Source: Actinomycetes bacterium
Lineage (GTDB): Bacteria > Actinomycetota > Thermoleophilia > RBG-16-64-13
NCBI GenBank assembly: GCA_024637035.1
Contig: JAGXFW010000025.1
Span: 11,626 to 75,625 of the forward strand
DNA length: 64,000 nt
Direction: 5' to 3'
In this document: piece by piece, positions 1-8,300 of the stretch
Layout of the letters: the number at the start of each line of letters is the position of its first letter
Numbering within the stretch: the stretch's first letter is position 1
Position numbers and translations under genes: made by a program
The notes under the pieces: generated by a model
The model's database searches: none
Told to the model about the DNA's origin: nothing
The model's input: only the letters and a program-made list of their open reading frames with translations

Positions 1-222
1 GCTCCCACCTATGACGGTGGCCCCGTCCTCCGAGCGCACACCCGCCAACTCCGGCACACGCGAGAGGCTCACCAAGGCAGCGGGCTGCTCGACCCGGTGC
101 TTCATGTTGACCAGGAGGTCGGTGCCGCCCGCCACCGGACGCGCGCCCGGCACCTCGGAGAGCATGGTCACCGCTTCGGCGAGCGAGCCGGGCTGGTAGT
201 ACTCGAACCTGGGTAGTCGCAT
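1..222 (-). CDS. FAD-binding subunit of a xanthine dehydrogenase / 4-hydroxybenzoyl-CoA reductase-type molybdoenzyme (5' part; runs off the window edge)
   Basis: Not in the ORF track. Manual translation from ATG 222 gives MRLPRFEYYQPGSLAEAVTML...PVAGGTDLLVNMKHR, carrying the AGGTDL FAD motif. AGGAG RBS upstream. Confidence 0.85.
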   Translation of the reverse strand, partial: MRLPRFEYYQPGSLAEAVTMLSEVPGARPVAGGTDLLVNMKHRVEQPAALVSLSRVPELAGVRSEDGATVIGGS

Positions 223-492
223 CTATCCGCCTCCTGTGCGGGCGTGCCGTTGGGGTGCGCCCGCGCGTGCAGGCGGTCGATCGTTGTCGGCGCATGAGTA
301 GGGTCAGCGGGGCCGAGTCCCACGCACCAATCACCCGGAGTCGTACTCCTGCGACTGGGAGTTCTGTAGAGCGCACCCGCGGCCTGCTGAGCGTACTCAC
401 CCAGTATATGGTGGTTGGTGGCAGCCAGTCAAGAAGAGCGTGTGCGTATGCCTCCGATAGCTCGGGAGGTCGCAGGTGCGTACCCGCGTGCC

Positions 493-1626
493 TCAGCCCA
501 GGTGAGCATCCACCGCCATCAATAGCGCGGCCGCGGCCCGATCGATGTCACCCGCCGTGGTCTGGATTCCGAGGGTGAGCCGAAGGGCACCCAGCGCCCG
601 CTCCGGCGAGAGTCCCATCGCCAGGAGCACGCCTGAGGGGCTGTCCTCGCCCTCGTGACACGCCGATCCGGTGGACGCTTCCACTTCGGCGCACGTGTCC
701 AGCACCTCCCGACCGAGCGCCCCAGGCACACTCACGTTCAACGTGTTCGGCAGCCTGTCGGTGAGGTGACCGTTCAGCTCGAGGCCGGGGATGCCCGCTA
801 CGAGTAGCTCGTGCAGTCGATCTCGCAGCGGCCGCACCTGTGTAGCAAACGTCGCCAGACCGCGCTCCAGCGCCAGGGCGCAGGCCTCACCCAACCCGGC
901 GATGTAGGCCACGTTCTCTGTGCCGGCGCGGCGGCCACCCTCGTGACCCGCGCCGTGGATCACCGGCTCGAGTGGCACACCAGCACGCACGAACAGGGCG
1001 CCCACGCCTTTCGGCGCCCCCATCTTGTGACCCGCCACCGTGAGCAGGTCGATGGCGTCGTCAAGCACGTGGATGGGCACCTTGCCGACGCTCTGAGCCG
1101 CGTCGATGTGGAAGAGCACGCCCCGCGCGTGGCAGAGGGCGGCGATCGGCACCACTGGGTTCATCACGCCGGTCTCGTTGTTGGAGTGCATGATCGACAC
1201 GAGCACGGTATCGCGTCGAAGCGCCCGGGCCACGTCCCCGGGACGCACGCGGCCGTCGCCGCCCACGGGCACCACGGTGAGCTCCCATCCTTCCCGCTCG
1301 AGAAAGCGGGCCGGAGCCGTCACTGCGGGGTGCTCCGTCGCAGAGATCACCAGGTGGCGGCCCTTGTCGCGGTGGGCGTAGGCGACTCCCTTGAGAGCCA
1401 GGTTGTTGCTCTCGGAGCCGCTGCCGGTGAAGACGATCTCGGTGGCGTCACAGCCCAGGAGCGCGGCCACCTGCCCTCGTGCCCGGGCCACCGCCGCGGC
1501 CGCTTCACGGCCCGCGGCGTGGTCACTCGAAGGGTTGCCGCCGGGACTGCGCAGGTACGCCTCGATGACCGTCGCCACCCGTGGATGCACTTGCGTGGTG
1601 GCGTTGTTGTCCAGATAGATGGGCAT
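493..1626 (-). CDS. Cysteine desulfurase, NifS/IscS class (PLP-dependent)
   Basis: IYLDNNATT, TEHPAV, DAAQSVGK, GHKMGAPKG (PLP lysine), RAGTEN and catalytic STGSACH motifs. Confidence 0.93.
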   Translation of the reverse strand: MPIYLDNNATTQVHPRVATVIEAYLRSPGGNPSSDHAAGREAAAAVARARGQVAALLGCDATEIVFTGSGSESNNLALKGVAYAHRDKGRHLVISATEHPAVTAPARFLEREGWELTVVPVGGDGRVRPGDVARALRRDTVLVSIMHSNNETGVMNPVVPIAALCHARGVLFHIDAAQSVGKVPIHVLDDAIDLLTVAGHKMGAPKGVGALFVRAGVPLEPVIHGAGHEGGRRAGTENVAYIAGLGEACALALERGLATFATQVRPLRDRLHELLVAGIPGLELNGHLTDRLPNTLNVSVPGALGREVLDTCAEVEASTGSACHEGEDSPSGVLLAMGLSPERALGALRLTLGIQTTAGDIDRAAAALLMAVDAHLG

Positions 1627-1842
1627 GGTCTCGCTCGACCCCCTCCGTTCCGACGATCCGGCGAACGTCCTTCACTTTCGGGCGACCCGCCACCTCTTGG
1701 CTTACATACCCGCCTACGAACTTCATGTATCCGAACGTTCAGTGCGGCGCACTCCGCTTCTCGCCACATGGCCAATGAAACGGCCGTCCGTCTCGGCGAA
1801 AGTGTCCGGTAGGCTACAACAGCGACCGTTCGGAGCTGCCAC

Positions 1843-3144
1843 GTGGATGCCATCGACAGCGGAGATACCGCCTTCATTCTCGTCTCGACCGCGCTGGTCA
1901 TGCTCATGACCCCGGGGCTTGCCCTCTTCTACGGGGGCATGGTGCGGAGCAAGAACGTCATGAGCGTCCTCATGCAGAGCTTCGTACTCATTGGTCTTGT
2001 GTCCATCGTGTGGGCCGTGATCGGCTATAGCCTAGCCTTCGGATCCGACCACGGGGGAGTGATCGGCTCACTGGAGTGGATAGGCTTGCGCGGTGTCGGA
2101 CAGGCGCCGAACGCCGACTACGCAGCCACCGTACCCCATCTGGCCTTCATGATGTTCCAGGGGATGTTCGCCGTGATCACTCCGGCGCTCATCACCGGGG
2201 CATTCGCCGAACGCATGAAGTTCTCGACGTTCCTCGTCTTCAGCCTACTGTGGACGGTGCTGGTCTACAGTCCGACAGCCCACTGGGTGTGGGGAGTGGG
2301 AGGATGGATCCGGGAACTCGGTGCTTTGGACTTCGCCGGCGGAACGGTGGTTCACGTCAGCTCGGCCGTAGCGGCCCTCGCTGCTGTGTTGGTCATCGGC
2401 CGGCGGCGTGGCCACGGGACGGTGGCCATGCATCCACACAACCTGCCCATGACCCTCATGGGCGCGGGCATCCTCTGGTTCGGTTGGTTCGGCTTCAACG
2501 CCGGCAGCGCCCTCTCCTCGGGAGGTCTCGCGACCCAAGCGTTCGTGACCACGCACCTCGCCGCCGCCGCCGCGGCTCTATCGTGGGCCGCCGCCGAGTG
2601 GGTGCATCGAGGCCAGCCGACCAGCCTCGGCGTGGCCTCCGGGTTGGTGGCGGGTCTCGTGGCCGTCACCCCAGCCGCAGGATTCGTGGGGCCGATGTCG
2701 GCCATCGTGATCGGACTTGTGGCGGGCAGCCTCTGCTACTTGGGCGTACTCGCGAAGTTGAAGCTGGGCTACGACGACAGCCTCGACGTCGTCGGCGTTC
2801 ACGGGGTGGGCGGCACGTTCGGTGCGATTGCAACCGGGCTCCTCGCGCAGGCGGCTGTCAACTCGGCGGGCGCGGACGGTGCTTTCTTCGGCAACCCAGG
2901 GCTGCTGGCCAAGCAGGCAGTGGCCGTGTTGGCGGTCATGGCCTGGTCATTCGGGATCACCTACGGCATCGTAAGCCTGCTCAAAGCGTTCATGGGCGCC
3001 CGCGTGGACGAAGAAGCCGAGATGCTGGGGCTCGACCTGAGTCAGCACAGCGAGGCAGCCTACGCATTCGGAGCGGATGGCGGTTGGCGTCTGCAGCCAG
3101 AGCAACTGGGCGGTCATCCCGAGGCGACTGGGCTCACGGGCTAG
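1843..3144 (+). CDS. amtB: Ammonium transporter (Amt family)
   Basis: MTPGLALFYGG, DFAGGTVVH, WFGWFGFNAGS and DDSLDVVGVHG motifs; about 11 hydrophobic segments. Confidence 0.96.
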   Translation: MDAIDSGDTAFILVSTALVMLMTPGLALFYGGMVRSKNVMSVLMQSFVLIGLVSIVWAVIGYSLAFGSDHGGVIGSLEWIGLRGVGQAPNADYAATVPHLAFMMFQGMFAVITPALITGAFAERMKFSTFLVFSLLWTVLVYSPTAHWVWGVGGWIRELGALDFAGGTVVHVSSAVAALAAVLVIGRRRGHGTVAMHPHNLPMTLMGAGILWFGWFGFNAGSALSSGGLATQAFVTTHLAAAAAALSWAAAEWVHRGQPTSLGVASGLVAGLVAVTPAAGFVGPMSAIVIGLVAGSLCYLGVLAKLKLGYDDSLDVVGVHGVGGTFGAIATGLLAQAAVNSAGADGAFFGNPGLLAKQAVAVLAVMAWSFGITYGIVSLLKAFMGARVDEEAEMLGLDLSQHSEAAYAFGADGGWRLQPEQLGGHPEATGLTG

Positions 3145-3162
3145 GCCCCCGCGCGGCCGGAC

Positions 3163-3192
3163 GCCCCCTGCTCGCGCCCCCTGCTCGCGCCC
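3163..3192. repeat. 13-bp tandem direct repeat (GCCCCCTGCTCGC x about 2.3) between convergent genes
   Basis: Seen directly at 3163-3175 and 3176-3188. Confidence 0.7.
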
Positions 3193-6100
3193 TACTTCTT
3201 CGCGAACTTGAACCCCGCGAACTGCCCCGAGAGCTTGTTCATGAACTCCGGGAGGTTGTCCCCCAGACCGGCCGCCTTGAGAGCAGCATCGCCGGCCTCC
3301 GGTTTCCACGCGCCCGAGGCGACCTTCTCGACGATATGCATGCCCTTCAGCATCTCGGGGGGCGTGGGCTTCATCTTGTAGTCCTGAGCCATGTAGCCTG
3401 TCTTCGTCTCGACGAAGGAATGCGTGGCTTTCTCTGCCTGCTTGTAGGCGTCCAGCGTATTGCCGTCATGATACGACTCGGCCACCTTGGTCTCGTAGGT
3501 CTTGCCCAGGCCGTCGGGGTCCCGAAGCGTCGACTTGCCCTGCTTGGTGAGCGACAGGTTGCTTGTGGTCTGGGTCCTTTCCAACTTCCCAGTCGCCGGG
3601 TTCTTGACCCACGCTTGGTCGGACATGTCCACGGAAGCTTCGGCGTGATAGCCATCGGTGGGGAGTTGCTGCCGCTGACGCGACCACTCCGCGGCCTTGG
3701 CCGGGTCCTTCGGACCGCCCGTGACCTCGGAGAAGATCTCCTGCGACTTCCCTGCCCACTTCTCCTTGGGGATCTCGATGAAGATGTCCTTGCCGGTCAC
3801 AGGGTCCTTCTTCACGATGCCGGCACGATAGTCGCGATCTGTGCCGTGCGCATCACCAAACGGTTCCACCTTCACCTTCTGACCCTTGGCCTCAGGCACG
3901 TTCTGCTCCACCCACTTCGCCAACTGCGCGTCGTGCTTGCCGTACACCTCCTGCCGCGCGTTGTCGTAGGCCTCCCACGCTTTGGGGTCGTTCTTCCGAA
4001 GTTCGCGCGCGCCGTCGGGGTCGCGCATGATCTTCTCCATGGTGGAGTGGTCTACCGTGGGCTTGCCGTCGGCCCCCTTCGTGACTTTGTCCTTCACGCC
4101 CTTCGCCATCTTCTGGGCCCGGGTGCCGGGATCGGGCGCGTCGAACTCGGGAGCGTGTGCCGCCGGCTTGTGCCGAACCGTCTGCTTCTTGGCGCCGGGG
4201 CCGGGATGCACGACGCTGCCCGGGGCCGGCGGTGGGCGAGGCGGCTTCTGGCCGGGCCTCACGACGCTGCCCGGAGCGGGGGGCTTCCGTCCTGGCTTGG
4301 GCGCCGTCGGGCGCTTGGGTGCCTCCACCTCGGGCGTCCCTTTCTTCGCCCCCGGGGTCGCCCCGGGGGTAGCGCCCGTCACCATGCGCAGGAAGCTGAT
4401 GATGGCTTGGTCACGCAGCATCTTGAGCGTGCGCTCCATGGCCCCGGTGATACTGTGCTCCGGGTCGAGAGCCCATTCCTTCGCGAACGTGTAGCCGATG
4501 AAGGCCAGCCACACCACGGCCTTGTTGCGCCCGGTGAGGTGGGCGATGAAGTCGGGGTCGGTCCACTGGCCCTCGACGACGTTCAAGCCCAGGACGATCT
4601 GCTGCTTCGCCCACCACGTGAGGTCGCGCCCGTCGACGTACGCCTCCATGGCCGAGACGAGGACGGGTTTCGCCATCCCCAGACCGATCGCGCCGAGGGA
4701 GCCGAGGATGGAACCGCTCGCCACCCCGAGAGCGATGTCGCCGCAGTAGGAGATCCAATCGAGCACCCCCTCCACCTGCTCGATGTACCAGGCGATCTCC
4801 TCCCAATCGGCAGCCTCTTGGCTGAAGGCGTTCTCCGAGATGTCCCAGACGCGCTTGCGCATCTCGTAGAGACCCTCGGCCCCCATGAGCGGGCCCCGCT
4901 CCACCACCAGGTCACGGAACTTCTGCTGGTGTTCGCGCGGGGCGAAGTCCTCGATGATCTTGAGACAGCGCTCGCGTTCCAGTTTCCATTCCGGGGAGAA
5001 GGGCGAGGTGTCGACGCCCAGCAGCTTCAGTGCCACGTCGGCGGAGAACTCCGGCTTGTCGAACCCAGGCACCGACGCGCGCAGGATCGCCGGCACGGGC
5101 TCCCCGGAGGTGGGGAGTTTCCGTGCCAGGACCGCCCTGAACGTCGCCGATGGGTTCTCAACACCGCGTCGTCCGGTGTGCTCGATCGTGAACTCGCGGA
5201 ACCCGAGCGCCGTGTGCCCCGGCGTCTTCTCAGGACCGCCCGGTCGCCACTCGACCGCGTCGGAGAGCTCCGGCTCCAGCCGGATCGTTCCGGACTCATC
5301 GCGCGCATAGACCCGCACGTCGATCTCGGTGGGTTCGCCCTCGCCCCGCGCCTCAAGGTGGAAGGTGCCGTCCGGGTGACGCCCCACCGGGTCCACGAAC
5401 AGGCCCTCACGGGTGACGCTCACCTTGAGATACCGCTCGAGACGGTCCCAGCCCTCGCCGTCCGCCGCAAGGACGAGGGTCGACACCTCTTCGGGACGAC
5501 CGATGTCGGGCAGGGCGACGGCGTCCTCGGTGAGGGTGACCACGGCCGTTGACGCCGTCTCCCGCTTGATCTCGACCCGGGCGACGGGCCGGTCGCCTTC
5601 CCGCCACTTCGACGTGAACGCCCACTCGAGGCCGCCGGGATTCTCGACCCACAGCACGGATTCAGCGATCTCTCGAGTGCCCACCGAGAACTCCACGGAG
5701 TCAGGCCGACAGTCGAGGACGGGCGGACGCTCCAAAGCCACCGTGACGCTCCCCTCGAGGATCTGCACGCCCAGCTGTGCGGTCGCGGCGACGCGAACGG
5801 ACTCCGGAGGGGTGACGGGATGGTCGGGATCGGGGGGTGACGCAGCGATGGGGATGGCCTTGCCGTCGGGCACGTCTACCTCTTCACCCACATCGAGCCA
5901 GTCGGCCGCCGACGGGCGGCCGAAGCGGATCGAACGCCGTGCCGTCTCGAGGTCGAAGGCGGGGTTGGCCTGCGCCGCCGGGCTGGGCTTCAGCACGGCC
6001 ACCACCCTCGCGACGTCGCGACCATTCGGCTTGAGCGACTTCCCGGGGGGCTCGAGGGTCACCTCGAGCGTGCTCTCCTGCTCGCCGGTGAGGGACACTT

Positions 6101-7217
6101 GAGCGGATGTCGCACCCTTGGAGGCCCGAGCCGCGACCCCGAGAGCGGCACCCGGCGCCACGTCCCCCGTCTGCCACACCGCGGCCTCCAGAGGCGACGG
6201 GCCGGAGGTCGGCGCCACCCCGACCCCCGGAGGCGGCCGCAGCGTCACGGTGGCGTCATCGGCTGGCTCCACTGCTCCCGAGGCGAGCACCTTCCACACG
6301 CGCGCCGAGAACCCGGCGGAGTACGCGGATGAGAGATCGAGATGTTCAGTGGAGAGTTCGAGCACATAGCCCACGTGCTCTTTGGGGTCGAGCTTCTTCT
6401 TCTTGCCGCGGCCGGAGGCTGCAGCACCGGCCACAGCAGCCGCCGCGGCCGCGACGGCGCCGGCTGCCGCGCCAGCGGTCTCCCAGGGGAGGCCACCCTC
6501 TGCGCTCTGGCTGCCACCACCAACCTGAGTCGAGCCGCCATCGGTCCACTCGATATCGAGGCCCTCGAATACCGTCTGATTCTCTGCCCACAGCGCATCG
6601 AGTTGATCGAAGTAGGCGGGTCGAACCATCACACCGCGTCCCACGAGAACTCCGACATCACCAAGTGGGATGTAGTAGGTGATCGATCGGCTCATCTCTA
6701 GAACCCCGGTGAAGGACTCACCCGTCGTCTCGACAGTCCCCTCGGTGAAGTATGCCGGCTTGCCGAACAACTCGATCGTGCCGTTGCGGTTGGCAACCGG
6801 TCGGTCGGAGTAGGTGGTGAAAGGCACGGAGGTGGCTTCTCCGCCTCCGAGAGGGTCCTGAATCGGGGTATTCGCAATGCGTTCCCAGTCGAACCCGTCA
6901 AGGAACACCTCGAGATCCTTGTACGGATCTCCCGGCACGATGGATACGAACACCGATGATCCGAAGGCCGGTAGGCCGTCCTCCGTACTCTCTTCGCGCT
7001 TGACCGATGTCAGGTAGTTCGGTTCTCCGTTGGGCGCGGCGTTCTCCTTGAACTGCCACGCTGCGGGCTGCACGTTGAACTTGACGGTGGCGACGGGCTC
7101 GGCGAGCGCGGGGGCGCTCCCGGCCAGCACCGCAAAGACGACGCTCCCGACGAGAAGACAGAGTCGGACGGTTCGCGACAGAGGAGTCACCGGTGTACGC
7201 CGCGCGCGAACGCTCAC
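3192..7217 (-). CDS. Large (about 1341 aa) membrane-anchored hypothetical protein: signal peptide, extracellular domain, TM helix, beta-rich region, Pro-rich linker, C-terminal domain with a DxD motif
   Basis: The track ORF 3192..8021 is over-extended. An in-frame GTG at 7217 overlaps the TGA of the upstream gene. Signal peptide ...LLVGSVVFAVLAGSAPALA|EP; Ala/Gly helix followed by GRGKKKK. Confidence 0.8.
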   Translation of the reverse strand: MSVRARRTPVTPLSRTVRLCLLVGSVVFAVLAGSAPALAEPVATVKFNVQPAAWQFKENAAPNGEPNYLTSVKREESTEDGLPAFGSSVFVSIVPGDPYKDLEVFLDGFDWERIANTPIQDPLGGGEATSVPFTTYSDRPVANRNGTIELFGKPAYFTEGTVETTGESFTGVLEMSRSITYYIPLGDVGVLVGRGVMVRPAYFDQLDALWAENQTVFEGLDIEWTDGGSTQVGGGSQSAEGGLPWETAGAAAGAVAAAAAAVAGAAASGRGKKKKLDPKEHVGYVLELSTEHLDLSSAYSAGFSARVWKVLASGAVEPADDATVTLRPPPGVGVAPTSGPSPLEAAVWQTGDVAPGAALGVAARASKGATSAQVSLTGEQESTLEVTLEPPGKSLKPNGRDVARVVAVLKPSPAAQANPAFDLETARRSIRFGRPSAADWLDVGEEVDVPDGKAIPIAASPPDPDHPVTPPESVRVAATAQLGVQILEGSVTVALERPPVLDCRPDSVEFSVGTREIAESVLWVENPGGLEWAFTSKWREGDRPVARVEIKRETASTAVVTLTEDAVALPDIGRPEEVSTLVLAADGEGWDRLERYLKVSVTREGLFVDPVGRHPDGTFHLEARGEGEPTEIDVRVYARDESGTIRLEPELSDAVEWRPGGPEKTPGHTALGFREFTIEHTGRRGVENPSATFRAVLARKLPTSGEPVPAILRASVPGFDKPEFSADVALKLLGVDTSPFSPEWKLERERCLKIIEDFAPREHQQKFRDLVVERGPLMGAEGLYEMRKRVWDISENAFSQEAADWEEIAWYIEQVEGVLDWISYCGDIALGVASGSILGSLGAIGLGMAKPVLVSAMEAYVDGRDLTWWAKQQIVLGLNVVEGQWTDPDFIAHLTGRNKAVVWLAFIGYTFAKEWALDPEHSITGAMERTLKMLRDQAIISFLRMVTGATPGATPGAKKGTPEVEAPKRPTAPKPGRKPPAPGSVVRPGQKPPRPPPAPGSVVHPGPGAKKQTVRHKPAAHAPEFDAPDPGTRAQKMAKGVKDKVTKGADGKPTVDHSTMEKIMRDPDGARELRKNDPKAWEAYDNARQEVYGKHDAQLAKWVEQNVPEAKGQKVKVEPFGDAHGTDRDYRAGIVKKDPVTGKDIFIEIPKEKWAGKSQEIFSEVTGGPKDPAKAAEWSRQRQQLPTDGYHAEASVDMSDQAWVKNPATGKLERTQTTSNLSLTKQGKSTLRDPDGLGKTYETKVAESYHDGNTLDAYKQAEKATHSFVETKTGYMAQDYKMKPTPPEMLKGMHIVEKVASGAWKPEAGDAALKAAGLGDNLPEFMNKLSGQFAGFKFAKK

Positions 7218-8053
7218 TTCCGGAACCCCGCGATCGCCGTCGAGACAGCCAGCACCAGCCCGGAAGCCACGACCACCAGACTGGGGATCAGAGTCACCAG
7301 GCTGCCCGGGTCCGAACGGGCGCCGAAGGCAGCCACGCCCAGCGAGACGAGTTGCACCCCGCCCGTCACTATCGAAGCGATCCCGGTAAGAGCGCGCAAC
7401 CGGCCACCCCCCCGGCCTGCGACCATACCCAAGACCGAGGTCGCGGCCCCCGAAAGTACCCGCATCGCAAGCATGGGCACGTTGACTGCGCCTCCCGAGA
7501 GCAGGGCGATGAGCACATCCATCACCACCGTCACCGCAAGGCCGGCGGCCGGGCGGCGCAAGTTGGGCCGGGGAGCCATTGCCAACAACGACGGCGCGGC
7601 GGCACGGGCGAGCCCGGCGACGTCGGCGGTCTGTCCCCTCGAGATCGTCTGCCAGGGCAGCGTGAGCGCCAACCCTCCGAACGAGCCGACCGAACTCACG
7701 ATACCCGCTGCCGAGGCCGTCCCAGAGAGCACGGCCGTGACCCCCCCGGAGTGGGGCCGTGGGGGCGGAGGCGGGGTCGCGGTGGGCAGAGGCGCGGCTG
7801 TCTCGGGGGGGAGCGCGGGCGGCGAGCCCGCGGGCTCCGGTGTAGCGCCCGGCGAAGCCCCCACCGACGCGATCCGGGCACCGCAGGAGATGCAGAAGGC
7901 CTTCCCGGGCACCAGAGTCGAGCCGCACTCGGAACACGCAGCGGGCATCGGGGGCGACCCCGGTCGTCGGGCACCGCACGCCGTGCAGTACAGCACGCCG
8001 GGCGCCAGCTCGGCCCCACACGTGGTGCAGAAGGTCACCGAACGTGCGCTCAC
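7214..8053 (-). CDS. Double zinc-ribbon (DZR) protein with Pro-rich linker and C-terminal membrane domain
   Basis: CTTCG/CTACG and CSECG/CISCG pairs, then a PPPPP linker and 4-5 hydrophobic helices. Confidence 0.8.
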   Translation of the reverse strand: MSARSVTFCTTCGAELAPGVLYCTACGARRPGSPPMPAACSECGSTLVPGKAFCISCGARIASVGASPGATPEPAGSPPALPPETAAPLPTATPPPPPRPHSGGVTAVLSGTASAAGIVSSVGSFGGLALTLPWQTISRGQTADVAGLARAAAPSLLAMAPRPNLRRPAAGLAVTVVMDVLIALLSGGAVNVPMLAMRVLSGAATSVLGMVAGRGGGRLRALTGIASIVTGGVQLVSLGVAAFGARSDPGSLVTLIPSLVVVASGLVLAVSTAIAGFRK

Positions 8054-8300
8054 GCGCCCGACTCGGTCATCGCGTCCCCATACGCTGCCGCTGTCGACCC
8101 GCCATCCCGCCTCCGGTATCTCGGAAGTGGTACGACAATACTACGGCCGGTCAGCGCGGCACAAGCAAGGCGGGCCGGCATGTGGGGTGCATCGGACTTG
8201 GATGCGCCGCGAGAGACGCACAGAACGGCCGGGGCCCGCTACCCGCGGACCCCGGCCCGTCCTCGATCTACCTGCCCGCGGTCTCTACCTTCTCACGGGT

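Noticed and set aside
1627-1842. GlnR box upstream of amtB
   Set aside because: No correctly spaced GTNAC-N6-GAAAC pair; no adjacent glnK either.
2076-5552. 1158-aa plus-strand ORF, and similar long ORFs at 9204-11597, 17388-19067 and 22774-24957
   Set aside because: Shadow frames of real genes in high-GC DNA; Arg/Gly/His-rich with no motifs.
7218-8021. N-terminal 268 aa of the 1609-aa track ORF
   Set aside because: Overlaps the DZR gene in another frame; the signal peptide marks the true start near 7217.
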